Assembly (NCBI RefSeq): GCF_009914755.1
Contig: NC_060933.1
Direction: 5' to 3' (one strand)
DNA from: the human T2T-CHM13v2.0 reference genome, Homo sapiens
DNA length: 64,000 bases
Shown here: piece by piece, positions 1 through 16,620 of the stretch
How the letters are laid out: each line of letters opens with the position of its first letter
Position numbering within the stretch: position 1 is the first letter of the stretch
Program-made: the position numbers and the translations under genes
Notes under the pieces: generated by a model
Told to the model about the DNA's origin: nothing
Database searches by the model: none
The model's input: the letters and a program-made list of their open reading frames with translations, nothing else

Positions 1-332
1 GAAAATAAGACCAGAACAAAAATGATCATAACGCAAAATATGACAGAAGTAGTTTCAGAAGAATGATGCATTGCAAAAAAAAAAAAAAAAGGCTCAGCAA
101 ACACTTCATGGAAGAAGTGGCATTTAACATGTTCATTAAAAGAAGAAAAGATGTTTTCTGGATACAGTAGGGGAGTTACCTTCTGTTATGGTATTAGCAT
201 AGGTTAAGAAATAGAGACAGGAAAGCACTAGAGTGAATGGGATATCCAAGTGTAGGCAAGAGGGAGGAGTCCCATTCAGCAAGATCTTCTGGGACTTGAG
301 GTATTTGTGAGAGAATAGAGAAAGGCAAGATT

Positions 333-726
333 GTCTTACTTGATTCATGCTGCCACAAAAAAATACCCAAGACTGGGTAATTTATAAACAACAGAAATTT
401 ATTTCTTACAGTTCTGGAAGCTGAAAAGTCCAAGATCAAGATGCTGGCACACCTGGTGGCTGGTGAGGGCCGTCTCTGCCTGCAAGTTGGCCCCTTGAAA
501 ACTACTTCTTCTGGAGGGGACAAACACTGTGTCCTCACATGAAGAAAGGATCCGAAGGAGTGAACTCATCCCCTCAAGCCTTTTAATAAGGCATTAATCT
601 CATCCATAAGGGTAGAGCCCTCATGGGCCAATTACTTTCTAGAAGGTCCACATCTCAGTACTGTTGCATTAGGGATTTAGTTTCAACGTGATTTTTGGAG
701 GGAATGCAAACACTCAAACCATAGCA
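333..726 (-). mobile_element. MaLR solo LTR (MLT1A/MST-like)
   Basis: Typical MaLR LTR text (aaatacccaagactgggtaatttataaacaacagaaatttatt ... aagtccaagatcaag) ending in aaaccatagca, the reverse complement of the TGCTATGG LTR start. Confidence 0.85.
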
Positions 727-1341
727 AGGATGGAGAGAGATTCAGGGCAGATTGTGAAGCACCTTGGAATGTGGTCTCCAGTGAATCTCCTCCTGGTTCC
801 ATGTGTGAGTCCTGGGAGCAGTTTGTTTCCCTCCTTACTGTATCTTCTCCTTTTCCTGTACTCCCTGCTTTTCTTGCTCTTTTCTCTTGATATATAGAGA
901 CATTTTCAACAGAGTTCTTTGCCAGGTAGGACAGACTTTCCTACACTCTTGCTTCCCACACACTCAGCTCTAACCCACTTTGTTAAAATACAAACTTTTC
1001 CATGTTTCTAAGTTGTCACAAAACCACCAGCATGAGGGACACTAACACACACACAAGGCTGAGAGGAGTCATGTGGGTCATGTGAGGAATAGGCCGTGCA
1101 TCAGCTTTGGTCTGTCGTCTCCCAACAATGCATCTTGATGAGATAAGTATATGAAGCTCCGATTAGGTTCAATATTTTAGTCAAATGAGCTGTTTACCTC
1201 CACTCCCCAATGTGTCAGTGTAGACGCAAGATGACTTGGATGAATATGTTAGAAACTTTGAGTTTGCAGGGGTGCTTTCTTCCTGAGAATGGCAAATTAG
1301 GGCTGCTCTGAAAAGTTACCCTAGTTTTGTTTTCTTGTTAG

Positions 1342-1385
1342 GAACATTCAAATGAGCATGAAGAAAGAGCAAATACTTACCAGTG
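1342..1385 (+). other. Candidate 44-nt exon
   Basis: ttttgttttcttgttAG|...cagtg|GTAATT. Confidence 0.3.
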
Positions 1386-2084
1386 GTAATTTAAAAATGT
1401 ATATATATATATATAAATTAGCTTTATTGCCATATTTCCTTGACTCTAAGATGTACATTTTCATATATTTTTACATTTCTGGAATGGAAGTAAGGCTACA
1501 TGCATGTTTAATGTGGCATCTCTGTGTTTTCCTTCTGTTCTACCTCCCTCCCTCATTCTGCAAATCAAACAAACAACTCAAAGCTCTCATTAAATTGCTG
1601 TCTTACAATCAAGGGAATAAGATGATATTTTCTAGTTCCTCACTCCTGTCCCCCAGAGACACCTTTTCTGCTTATTAGCTGGGTGAGAAGAAATCATCTA
1701 CTTTAAAATGTCCTACTGAGGGTTAAGCATCCTTCCCAAGAGGATGGTACCAACTCTGGAATCACCCATATATAAGACATGTCTAGACTATTTCCATCAG
1801 CTGAGGCCCTTTCTTCTCCTGAAAATTGAGATTCATCTGAGTAATTCTCACATGTGCATGTCCTCTGCCATCCAACTGTCCTCCTCAGAGGCTTCATGAC
1901 AGAAAGCAGCGAGGGATTAATTTTTAACAACCCAGCCTGGTTTTATGACGGTCAACATTATTATTTTTTAATGTACAAATAGTCCTATGATGATTCCATT
2001 ACAAGTAGAAGTGCAGGCACTTTGGTAGATTGGTATATTTATCCTTAACAAAACTAAATATGGATACAAAAATACAGTGAATGA

Positions 2085-2375
2085 AATCTAGTATTGAATA
2101 AGATCTAGTATTCAGTAGCACAACAGAGTGACCATCGTTTGCAATAATTTATTGTTTATTTTAAGATAACTAAAAGAATGGAATTGAAATGTTCCTAACA
2201 CAAAGAAATGGTACATGATTAAGGTGATGGAAATCCCAATTATTCTGATTTGATGGTTACACATTGTGTGCCTGTATCAAAACATCACATGCACCCCATA
2301 AATAATAACTATTTATTACCCATACAACTATTATTTACCCATAATAATTCAAAATAAAAAATTAAGAATAAATAA
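2085..2375 (+). mobile_element. L1MA-type 3' UTR end with degenerate A-tail
   Basis: gaataagatctagtattcagtagcacaacag...aataatttattg...catcacatgcaccccataaat followed by an A-rich tail. Confidence 0.8.
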
Positions 2376-3481
2376 AACAAACCAAAAGAACCTGAATATG
2401 AATTAAATATTTTTAAAAACAGGAAATGAGTTTCTGTTCTCAGTACGCTGTGAGTAAATTCATTAATGAGAGGGGTTCATATCTAGGTTCACATTGGGAC
2501 TGGGCAAATCATATCCTGTTCCTGCCCTTACTCTCCCCACCCCCAACGACCTCGAGTTTTAAAACTGGATAAAATCTGGTGGCAGTGCACAGATTGGACA
2601 GCTGCAAGGAATTACAAAAAGTGAACAGGTGTCACAAAATAACACATTGCTTGAGGGGGTGGGTAAGTGGAGGGGAGGAGATGTTGGCAAGTCATCCAGC
2701 ATCAGCTGCTTTGCTGAAGTTGTGTGTGGGATTAGCAGAGGGGAGGGTCTGCTTGCTGCTCAGGCTCAGAGAAGCCTTGGCTCCATCCCAACATCCTATT
2801 TGCAATCTAGGTGGGGCTATTTTAACAAGTTCAGCAAATCTCCCTCCAGATCCCTAATGGACACCCTGCAGCCCTCTCCTCTACTGCCTACTAATTCCCA
2901 GACCGACTGGCTTCCTCTCTCATACTTTTACCCACCCTTCCTTTTCATCTTTAACCCTTTGCTCGAACTCCTTTTGGTCTCTACACAAGAAATCTAACTT
3001 TCCTTATCAAATTCCCATCATGGAGACAATACCTTCTTCATGTACCTGAAACTCACGGGGTATGAGGGTTTGCATAGCTCTTGTTTCTCTGTGTCACTTT
3101 TCTTGCTACCTCTGCCCTCTCTTTCAAGACTCTTTCTATGAAGTCCATAGGGTGCACTTGCAATGGCCATATGAAGGGGCACAGAGAGCAGTTTGGAGCA
3201 CCAGTGTGGTTGATATAGCTTCCCCCACTCAGAGGTGATAAGACCTAAGAGCACATTGGGTGGTTGAGAAGACTAAATGATTTGCTATTGAAGAGCATCT
3301 GACAGAGGACCTGGCATGTTGCAAGCACTCAATGAATGATTTGAAAGGCATTGACATGGTTTGGCCAATGCCTTTTAAGTAGAAAATGGAACCTAAAAAG
3401 CTCTTTAATTTTTCCCACCTTACCGCAGCTGTTAGAAAGCTCAGGAAATTTCTTTCTTTTTTCCCCTTAAAAAAAAACTAT

Positions 3482-3631
3482 AAGCTGGGCATCGTGACTT
3501 GTGCCTGTAATATCAGCTATTCAGGAGGCTGTGGTGGGAAGATCACTTGAGCCCAAGAGTTAGAGGCTGCAGTGAGCTATGTTTGTACCACTGTTCCAGG
3601 CTGGATGACAGAATGAGACATTGCCTCTAAA
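3482..3631 (+). mobile_element. Alu monomer (FRAM/FLAM or AluJ arm)
   Basis: gctgggcatcgtg...cctgtaat..cagcta..caggaggctg...gaggctgcagtgagctat. Confidence 0.8.
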
Positions 3632-3647
3632 ATATAGATATATACTT

Positions 3648-3654
3648 AAAGTTT

Positions 3655-3736
<82 letters not shown>

Positions 3737-3741
3737 ACTTT
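3648..3741. repeat. Compound microsatellite (TA)n(TG)16(TA)n(CA)12(TA)n, self-complementary
   Basis: Read directly from the sequence. Confidence 0.95.
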
Positions 3742-4141
3742 TTTAAACTTCAATTCTTCTGGTGTAATTATTCATTTCCTTCCTTTCTCTTTTTATTAAA
3801 GTTTGAGATTTTATTTTATTTGGATTCTCCAGTTTCAATCTTTCTTTCTTTCTTTTTTGATATAAGAGGAAGAGTAAATAAATACAACCTGAAACAATAT
3901 CAGCCTACTTGGCTCCCTTGGCCACCCAAGGGCAAGGGCAGATGGGTGATGAGGGAGCCAGTCCACGGTGGATGAGTTTTTCTTGTAGTTTTCCAGCAGC
4001 GTTCCAAGTTATCTCTCCAGGGCTGCCATGCAGGCCTTGAGGCCACTTTGAGTAGAGCCCACTGACATCACCTATCTGAGATACTGGGTTTTATGGCTAA
4101 AAGAAATTGCTAGACACTTTGTTTTGTTTCACATATGTCAG

Positions 4142-4162
4142 GATATCCTTGCCCCAAGGAAA
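4142..4162 (+). other. Candidate 21-nt microexon
   Basis: ctttgttttgtttcacatatgtcAG|gatatccttgccccaaggaaa|GTAAGT. Confidence 0.35.
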
Positions 4163-4696
4163 GTAAGTTCTTTCCAAAAACTCCTCAGGAATCTGGGGCC
4201 TTTTTAATCAATTAATATATTTTTTACATTAACACATTTGATATATTTATTTGCCATGAGGCATTATGTCAGATTTTGACATGCATTAATTTGTTAGATT
4301 CTCACCATACCACTGTGAGATAAGAATTAGTAGTAGCTACATTTTACAAATCAGGAAGCTGACTCTTAGAAAGGTTATATAACTTATCCCAAATGACACA
4401 GCTACGAGTTGGACCAACAATCATTCATTCGAAACCTCAATCCACAATAACACTGGTATATTTCAGGGTAGAATGAAATTGACTGAATCTTCCAGGAGTC
4501 TTCCATTCTATGAACCAGCAAGGCCACAAAAAGTTCATCTGAGCAGCTCTGCAGTGTGGCAGATCATCTAGACCCGGCAGACTCCAGACTCCTGCCTTTC
4601 CCTAACTGGACATTGCAGGGACTCTGAAGATTTCAGCATTGATGCATGAGCCAAAGAGCCAAGCAGAGGACACTGAATGAATGGTGTATGCCTGAC

Positions 4697-5109
4697 TGTC
4701 TTAGTCTGTTAGTCCTGCTATAACAAAATACCTAAGACTGGGTAATTTATAAGCAATAGAAATATATGTCTCACAGTTCTGGGGGCTGTAAAGTTCCAGA
4801 CCAAGGCATCAGCAGGGTTGATACCTATTTGGTGAAGGGTATTCTCTGCTTCCAAGAGGGTGCAGTGTTGCGACATCCTCCAGAGGGGAGGAGCACTGTG
4901 TCCTCACTTGGTGGAAGGAAAGGAAAGGAAAGGCAAAAGAATGCCTCCTTTAACCTTGAACCCTTTTATAAGGGTACTAATCCCATTCATGGGGGTTCTG
5001 CCCTCATGACTTAATCATCTCCCAGAGGCCACATCTCTTGATACTATTGCATTGGGGATTAAGTTTCAACATGAGTTTTAGAGGGGACATCATCATTCCA
5101 AGCATAGCA
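4697..5109 (-). mobile_element. MaLR solo LTR (MLT1A/MST-like)
   Basis: tgtcttagtc...taacaaaatacctaagactgggtaatttataag... ending in catagca. Confidence 0.85.
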
Positions 5110-6359
5110 CTGACTGTAAGAAATTCTGGTCACTAGCTAGATTAAGTACCTTATGCATTGTAGTCTGGCTGCCAGGGGAGAGTGCCCATTCAAGACCTTC
5201 TTGTGTTTTTCTTCTCCTGAAAGTCTGTATGAAAATAAAGTCCACTGTTTTTTATAGCTCTTTTAAAATTCCCCCACCACTCTCACTCTTTAACTATCCT
5301 TTCCACATGAAATACCTCCTTCCTGCTGGCAGATAAAATAAGGCCACTTATAAGCCATATTGAAACTTGAAGAAAAAAATAAGCATGCATTTTTAAAGCA
5401 TGTCCCTAAATAAATTTGAAATCAAATCAGTTCAAACAACTGTAGTGCTACAAATATCATAAGATTCTCGATGACACTGCTTCATAGGTTTTTTATTTCC
5501 CCAACAGAATTTTTAAAATGATTTCTAATTAGGAAGACAACATTGTCTTTAAAATTATTCAGTGATTCAGAGACAAAGAATACAAAAGGACAAAGACTTC
5601 TGGTAGTGAGAAAAAAATCTCAAGCCTTCACCATGCCAAATATTTATTTTCCTTCTGAAACAATGTTATTGCTTTCCAAATAAAGAAACCATTTAGAGCC
5701 AAGATATGCCATTCAAATCATAATTGCATTTCCTTGCTAAACTTAGAATAGAAGAATGTATTCAATAAAAATGTTAGTAACTCTAGAAGTAAACATTTTG
5801 CTCATGATACATATCAAATTAAAAATACTCTAGCATAATGAAAAAGATAGCATTGCTGATCCAGCATTAGTTGGACATTGTTTTTTGTCTGTTTGTTTTG
5901 TTGTTTGTTATGAAGTCTGTAGTAGTGCAATAGATTTAGATCACATCTTTGCCTGTCTGTACTCTCTCACCCAGGCATTTCCAGAGCCATGAAATGCCAA
6001 GGCATGGTCAGAGAGGCCAGTTTCAGAATAGGCAGAATCTAATTGCCTCAGAAAGAGAAGAAATCCCAGATTTTGGTCTGGTGAGCAGAGCATTCCAACT
6101 GTAACCCAAACACCAGTACCATTTAGAAGTTAAAGAAACCCATAATATATGTCTTCAAAGTAATTTGGCTGATTTTAAATGACTAACTACTTCAAGTTGT
6201 ATCAGTGAATGTTATGGTTCTATATACAAACCTACTTAATTAAACATGTTGTAAGCCAGATATGAGTCATTTAAACAAGTGATTAGTAACGGATTCTGTC
6301 AAAATGATCAACCAAGTCATGTTGTGTAGACTAGAAATTTCAAAAGTAAGTTCAGGGAC

Positions 6360-6976
<617 letters not shown>

Positions 6977-6982
6977 GATATT

Positions 6983-8005
6983 GGGAGCCAAGATGGCCGA
7001 ATAGGAACAGCTCCAGTCTACAGCTCCCAGCATGAGCGATGCAGAAAATGGGTGATTTCTGCATTTCCAACTGAGGTACCGGGTTCATCTCACTGGGGAG
7101 TGCCAGACACTGGGTGCAGGACAGTGGGTGCAGTGCACTGTGTGTGAGCCAAAGCAGGGTGAGGCATTACCTCACACGTGACGTGCAAGGGGTCAGGGAA
7201 TTCCCTTTCCTAGTAAAAGAAAGGGGTGACAGACGGCACTTGGAAAATTGGGTCACTCCCACCCTAATACTGCGCTTTTCCAACAGGCTTAACAAACGGC
7301 ACACCAGGAGATTATATCCTGCACCTGGCTCGGAGGGTCCTATGCCCATGGAACCTCGCTCATTGCTAGCACAGCAGTCTGAGATCAAACTGCAAGGTGG
7401 CAGCGAGGCTGGGGGAGGGGCGCCCGCCATTGCGCAGGCTTGAGGAGGTAAACAAAGCAGCAGGGAAGCTTGAACTGGGTGGAGCCCACCACAGCTCAAG
7501 GAGGCCTGTCTGCCTCTGTAGGCTCCACCTCTGGGGGCACAGCACAGACAAACAAAAGACAGCAATAACCTCTGCAGACTTAAATGTCCCTGTGTGACAG
7601 CTTTGAAGAGAGTAGTGGTTCTCCCAGCACGCAGCTTGAGATCTGAGAATAGGCAGACTGCCTCCTCAAGTTGGTCCCTGACCCCCGAGTAGCCTAACTG
7701 GGGGGCACCCCCAACTAGGGGCGGACTGACACTTCACATGTCCGGGTACTCCTCTGAGACAAAACTTCCAGAGGAACAATCAGGCAGCAGCATTTGCGGT
7801 TCACCAATATCCGCTGTTCTGCAGCCACCACTGCTGATACCCAGGCAAACAGGGTCTGGAGTGGACCGCCAGTAAACTCCAACAGACCTGCAGCTGAGGG
7901 TCCTGACTATTAGAAGGAAAACTAACAAACAGAAAGGACCTCCACCCCAAAAACCCATCTGTACGTCACCATCATCAAAGACCAAAGGTAGATAAAACCA
8001 CAAAG
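6983..8005 (+). promoter_or_regulatory. L1 5' UTR internal sense/antisense promoter with YY1 site (CCAAGATGGCCG, about 6988-6999)
   Basis: Recognisable L1PA 5' UTR; YY1 motif seen directly. Confidence 0.8.
7167..7430 (-). CDS. ORF0: L1 ORF0 homologue, open, 87 aa
   Basis: ATG at 7430 (gcaATGG context) gives MAGAPPPASLPPCSLISDCCASNERGSMGIGPSEPG..., matching the primate L1 ORF0 N-terminus. Confidence 0.75.
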   Translation of the reverse strand: MAGAPPPASLPPCSLISDCCASNERGSMGIGPSEPGAGYNLLVCRLLSLLEKRSIRVGVTQFSKCRLSPLSFTRKGNSLTPCTSRVR

Positions 8006-9021
8006 ATAGGGAAAAAACAGAGCAGAAAAACTGGAAACTCTAAAAATCAGAGCGCCTCTCCTCCTCCAAAGGAACGCAGCTCCTCAGTGCAATGGAACAA
8101 AGCTGGATGGAGAATGACTTTGACGAGCTGAGAGAAGAAGGCTTCAGAAGATCAAACTACTCTGAGCTAAAGGAGGAAGTTCGAACCAATGGCAAAGAAG
8201 TTAAAAACTTTGAAAAAAAATTAGACGAATGGATAACTAGAATAACCAATGCAGAGAAGTCCTTAAAGGACCTGATGGAGCTGAAAACCATGGCATGAGA
8301 ACTACATGACGAATGCACAAGCCTCAGTAACCGATGCGATCAACTGGAAGACAGGGTATCAGCGATGGAAGATGAAATGAATGAAATGAAGTGTGAAGAG
8401 AAGTTTAGAGAAAAAAGAATAAAAAGAAATGAACAAAGCCTCCAAGAAATATGGGACTATGTGAAAAGACCAAATCTATGTCTGATTGGTGTACCTGAAA
8501 GTGATGGGGAGAATGGAACCAAGCTGGAAAACATTCTGCAGGATATTATCCAGGAGAACTTCCCCAATCTAGCAAGGCAGGCCAACATTCACATTCAGGA
8601 AATACAGAGAACGCCACAAAGATACTCCTCGAGAAGAGCAACTCCAAGACACATAATCGTCAGATTCACCAAAGTTGAAATGAAGGAAAAAATGTTAAGG
8701 GCAGCCAGAGAGAAAGGTCGGGTTACCCACAAACGGAAGCCCATCAGACTAACAGCGGATCTCTCGGCAGAAACCCTACAAGCCAGAAGAGAGTGGAGAC
8801 CAATATTCAACATTCTTAAAGAAAAGAATTTTCAACCCAGAATTTCATATCCAGCCAAACTAAACTTCATAAGTGAAGGAGAAATAAAATACTTTACAGA
8901 CAAGCAAATGCTGAGAGATTTTGTCACCACCAGGCCTGCCCTAAAAGAGCTCCGGAAGGAAGCACTAAACATGGAAAGGAACAACCAGTACCAGCCACTG
9001 CAAAAACATGCCAAATTGTAA
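8006..9021 (+). pseudogene. L1 ORF1p, disabled
   Basis: Start codon ATG>ATA at 8006; premature TGA at 8296-8298; ORFs 8092 and 8365 are ORF1p pieces ending ...QKHAKL. Confidence 0.93.
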
Positions 9022-9586
9022 AGACCATCAAGGCTAGGAAGAAACTGCATCACCTAATGAGCAAAATAACCAGCTAACATCATAATGACAGGATCAAATT
9101 CACACATAACAATACTAACCTTAAATGTAAATGGGCTAAATGCTCCAATTAAAAGGAAGAGACTGGCAAATTGGATAAAGAGTCAAGACACATCAGTGTG
9201 CTGTATTCAGGAAATCCATCACACATGCAGAGACACACATAGGCTCAAAATAAAGGGATGGAGGAATATCTACCAAGCAAATGGAAAACAAAAAAAAGGC
9301 AGGGGTTCCCATCCTAGTCTTGGATAAAACAGACTTTAAACCAACAAAGATCAAAAGAGACAAAGAAGGCCATTACATAATGGTAAAGGGATCAATTCAA
9401 CAAGAAGACCTAACTATCCTAAATATATATGCATCCAATACAGGAGCACCCAGATTCATAAAGCAAGTCCTTACTGACCTACAAAGAGACTTAGACTCCC
9501 ATACAATAATAATGGGAGACTTTAATACCCCACTGTCAACATTAGACAGATCAACGAGACAGAAAGTTAACAAGGATATCCAATGA

Positions 9587-10165
<579 letters not shown>

Positions 10166-10253
10166 TGAATCCAGGAGCTGGTTTTTTGAATAGATCAACA
10201 AAATTGATAGACCACTAGCAAGACTAATAAAGAAGAAAAGAGAGAAGAATTAA

Positions 10254-10814
<561 letters not shown>

Positions 10815-11058
10815 TGAAAATCAATAAATGTAATTCAGCATATAAACAGAACCAAAGACAAAAACCACACGATTATCTCAATAGATGCAGAAAAGGCCTT
10901 GACAAAATTCAACAACCCTTCATGCTAAAAACTCTCAAAAAATTAGGTATTGATGGGACGTATCTCAAAATAATAAGAGCTATCTATGACAAACCCACAG
11001 CCAATATCATACTGAATGGACATAAACTGGAAGCGTTCCCTTTGAAAACTGGCACAAG

Positions 11059-12676
<1,618 letters not shown>

Positions 12677-12783
12677 CCCTAGACGAAAACCTAGGCATTA
12701 CCCTTCAGGACACAGGCATGGGCAAGGACTTCATGTCTAAAACACCAAAGGCAATGGCAACAAAAGCCGAAATTGACAAATGA

Positions 12784-12909
<126 letters not shown>

Positions 12910-13639
12910 TAGAATGAACTCAAACAAATTTACAAGAAAAAAACAAACAACACCATCAAAAAGGGGGCGAAGTATATGAACAGACACTTCTCAAAAGAAG
13001 ACATTTATGCAGCCAAAAAACACATGAAAAAATGCTCATCATCACTGGCCATCAGAGAAATGCAAATGAAAACCACAATGAGGTACCATCTCACACCAGT
13101 TAGAATGGCGATCATTAAAAAGTCAGGAAACAACAGGTGCTGGAGAGGATGTGGAGAAATAGGAACACTTTTACACTGTTGGTGCGACTGTAAACTAGTT
13201 TAACCATTGTGGAAGTCAGTGTGTCCATTTCCTTGTTGCTATTTCTGTTTCAGCAACATGCTCAGAGATAGGGATGATTTCTATTAGGTGTAATGGCAAA
13301 GTGCTTCTTCCATTCTTGCTGTACCCAGGGAATGCTGTTAGGTACTATAGTCTGGATTATATTTTTCTTTTTTTTTCTGTATTTCTCTATATAGAACCAC
13401 CTGACACATTCTTTTGTGTAGTGGATTGATAATATAATTCATGTAGCAAATATATTCTAAAAACAGAGGAACAATAATTACAATCGTTTGAAGTAAAGGT
13501 CAAAATCTGAATTCGTTTGAAAGTGACGGAGGAAGATCATGAAATTTAGGGACTTTTTACAGTTAATGAAAGTGTTCCCTTCAGGCTCCAAAACACAGCT
13601 GAACTGTAGCAATAATTTCAAGAAATTATAGTAGTAATG

Positions 13640-13953
13640 AGCTGCATAATAATTTTTAGGTCAATGACAGACCACATAAATGAGAGTAGTCCCATAAGAT
13701 TATAATGGAGCTGAAAAATTCACCTAGTGATGTCATAGCCATTGTGTTAACTGCCTACAGTATTAATTACAGTAGCATATACTGTACAGGTTTGTAACCC
13801 AGAAGCAATAGGCTATACCATATACCTTAGGTTTGTGGTAAGCTATATCATCCAGGTTTATGTGAGTACACTCTGTGTTGTTTGAACAATGATGAAATCA
13901 CCTAAGGATGCATTTCTAAGAATGTATACCCATCATTAAGTGATGCATGACTG
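13640..13953. mobile_element. Tigger3a/MER7-like DNA transposon
   Basis: cccataagattataatggagctgaaaaattc...agcaataggctataccatat... ending in the TIR-like taagtgatgcatgactg. Confidence 0.8.
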
Positions 13954-14514
13954 TGTATCATTTTCAGAATGGCAAAATAGAACTCAAAACATAACAAAAT
14001 CATGGGAACTTAAAGGAGAATTGAATTTGTGACTCAAAGACCCTGCATAGATGGTTAATTGTAGTCATTCATAACTCATTTTTAACAGTATTCCTGTACA
14101 TAGACTTTCTTTAAAAGTAATGGAGGTAAACACTACTATTTCCCTAGGTAGCCTCTTTCAACAATTTACGATCCTTATAACTGCGACTCTTTCTAGAATT
14201 AAACCAGTACCCAGGCTTGAACAGCAGTAGTCATAATGAGAAATAACAGGATTAGAAAACCCACACTAAAAATGGAAAGAGGAACTACAGGCCTCTTAAT
14301 TCGAAATGTTTGAGGAGAGACTTAATACTTCCCAATTTCCCTATTCAGCTATACAGGAGCTTTTCCTGGGCCCTTAGCTAATCTCTTTTATGACTTGATT
14401 TCTGGGGAATGACCTTGAATTTTTCTTCTGGTTTAATGAACAGATATTCATCAAATTGGGATTACAGATTGTTTTGTAACTTTATATTTATTTTGCATTT
14501 AAATTGGTATCCAG

Positions 14515-14920
14515 TTTTTCATTGAGGTAAAATTTACATAGGATGAAATGTATTTATTTTAAGTGTGTCATTCAATGAGTTTTGACAAGCGCATATTTCT
14601 GTGTGACCTCCACCCCAATCAAGCATACAACATTTCTATCACCCTAGAAGGTACCCTTGAGCTCCCTTCCCCTCTCTCTGATTTTTATCATCTTAACGTT
14701 AGTTTTACCAGTTACAGAACTTTATAGAAAGGGAGTCATACAGCATTTACCTTTAAACTGGCTTCTTTTGCTCAACATTTTTTTAAAGAATTATCCATGT
14801 TGCTGTGTGTATCAGGAGTTAATTCCTTTTTATTGATGAGTAATTTTCCATTGTACATAAGGGAATATATATCAATCTTCCTGTTGATGAACAGCTGGAT
14901 GGTTTATAGTTTTTTTTTAT
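14515..14920 (-). mobile_element. Old L1M (MB/MC/ME) 3' fragment
   Basis: attgaggtaaaatttacata...ttcaatgagttttgacaa...catttctatcaccctagaa. Confidence 0.7.
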
Positions 14921-14984
14921 GAACCATAGACTTTTCAATCACCATTGGCTTAAATGAACACAAAGAACATCTAAGTTTTCTATA

Positions 14985-15360
14985 ACCACTCAATAAACAC
15001 GTATTTATTAAGAGCTTACTCTGAGCCAGGCATTATTTTAAATGCTGAGGATGCAAAAATGAACAAAAAAGCATCTCTGTTTTTGTGGAGATTGTTTTCT
15101 GGAGAAGAGACTAAAAATAAGTAAGACAGATATAACATTATATGTCAATAAGTGTTATGGAGTAAAATAAGGCAGAGAAGGGGAATAGGGAGTGTGAGGT
15201 GTCCAGGGATGCCATCACTAAGGGGATGGCATTTGGGCAAAGACCTGAAGGAGATGAGGGGCAAGTCATCTGGATATCTGGGAAAGAAGCATCCTTGGTA
15301 AAAGAAGAGCAAGGTGAAACCCTTCAGGCAGACACATACCTGGTCTTTTCAATGTGCATA
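14985..15360 (-). mobile_element. L2 3' fragment
   Basis: tatttattaagagcttactctgagccaggc...aagacctgaaggagatgaggg. Confidence 0.7.
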
Positions 15361-15429
15361 GGTGAAGTGCCCCTCAAAGGGATTGGTAGATGATGGGTTA
15401 GGGGAGGGCATAATGTGCTAGGTAGGATG

Positions 15430-15565
15430 ACATGCCAGTTATCAATTTATTACCTCTCAGCTCTTAATTCACCTTTTTGGCCTGTTCTTTGAAATTGGAT
15501 CTGTGCCCTTTAAATAGTTTTTCCTTGCCAGGTCACACTGAAGCTTTGTCAAGTGAGGACACTGA
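15430..15565. mobile_element. ERVL-class LTR fragment (LTR33-like)
   Basis: aatttattacctctcagctcttaattcacc...ccctttaaata...aagctttgtcaag. Confidence 0.55.
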
Positions 15566-15566
15566 A

Positions 15567-16620
15567 TAGGATTGGAATATTGGTAACAAGGAAGTCTGGG
15601 GAAGAGGTATATGGCTGGATCTCTCTGAATGGACACAGACTGCAGATATTTGTACCCAATATCAATGCTCATCAACAGGCATCCATTGCAGAGGAGACTC
15701 TTAATAATCAGGGGGGCATAATTATTCATTCTGTGGATATCAGTAACACCAGCCACCCTAGTGCTTATTGGGCCCATGAATAAAGTGTCTGTGGTGGCAG
15801 GGATGGAGGCTAAGCATGGGCTTAACAGCATGAACTTCTCCTTATGAAGAATTATCTGTCTAATATTACTGTTGAGTATCCAATCTGCCAACAGCAGATA
15901 CCAAGATGGAATCCTGGATATGCCACCATTCCCTGTGGGAACTGACCAGTCACCTGGTGACAGATTGATTACATTAGACATCTTCTATTATGGAAGTGGC
16001 AGAGATTCATCTTCCTAGGAAGCATACATATTCTAAATAAGAATTTACATTTCCTGCTCATAATGCTTCTGTCAGCACCGCATCCAAGGACCCTCAGAAT
16101 GCCCTAACCATCATCATGGATTTCTGTAAAGTATTGAGTCTGATCAATAAACTAATTGTCTACAAAAGAAATGCAGCACTGGGATCATAACTGTTGAATG
16201 AACTGGTCTTACTACATACTCCATGATCCAGAAGCAGCTAGCTTAACTGAAAGGTAGAATGGCTTACTGAAGACTCAGTTATGATGTAGTTAGGAGACAA
16301 CACTTGAAAAGAATGGGCTCTATTATACAGGAAACGATTTATGCTTTGAATCAGAGGTTATTATATGTTGCTGTCCCCATGGCCAGAATACATGGGTCCA
16401 GAAATCAAGGGATGAAAGTAGGAATGGCTACTCTCACAATTCCAAGTAATATCTCACTCACAGAAATTCTGCTTCTTATCCTGGCAACTTTGAGCTATAC
16501 TGGTTTAGAGACCTTAGTCTCCAAGGGGGGGATGTTCCCACCAATGAACACAATGGTTCCACTAAACTGAAATATGAAACTACAACTTAGAAATTTTGAG
16601 TGCTTTATGCTACTGAACCA
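15567..16620 (+). pseudogene. ERVL internal relic: RNase H end, integrase and start of dUTPase
   Basis: Peptides IFVPNINAHQQASIAEETLNNQ, WAHE, YALNQR...ARIHGSRNQG, LETLVSKGGMFPP resemble HERV-L pol; many stops and frameshifts. Confidence 0.85.

Noticed and set aside
333-5109. Two same-orientation MaLR LTRs 4 kb apart as one provirus
   Set aside because: The LTRs differ considerably and the intervening DNA is not recognisable MaLR internal sequence, so they are more likely independent solo LTRs.
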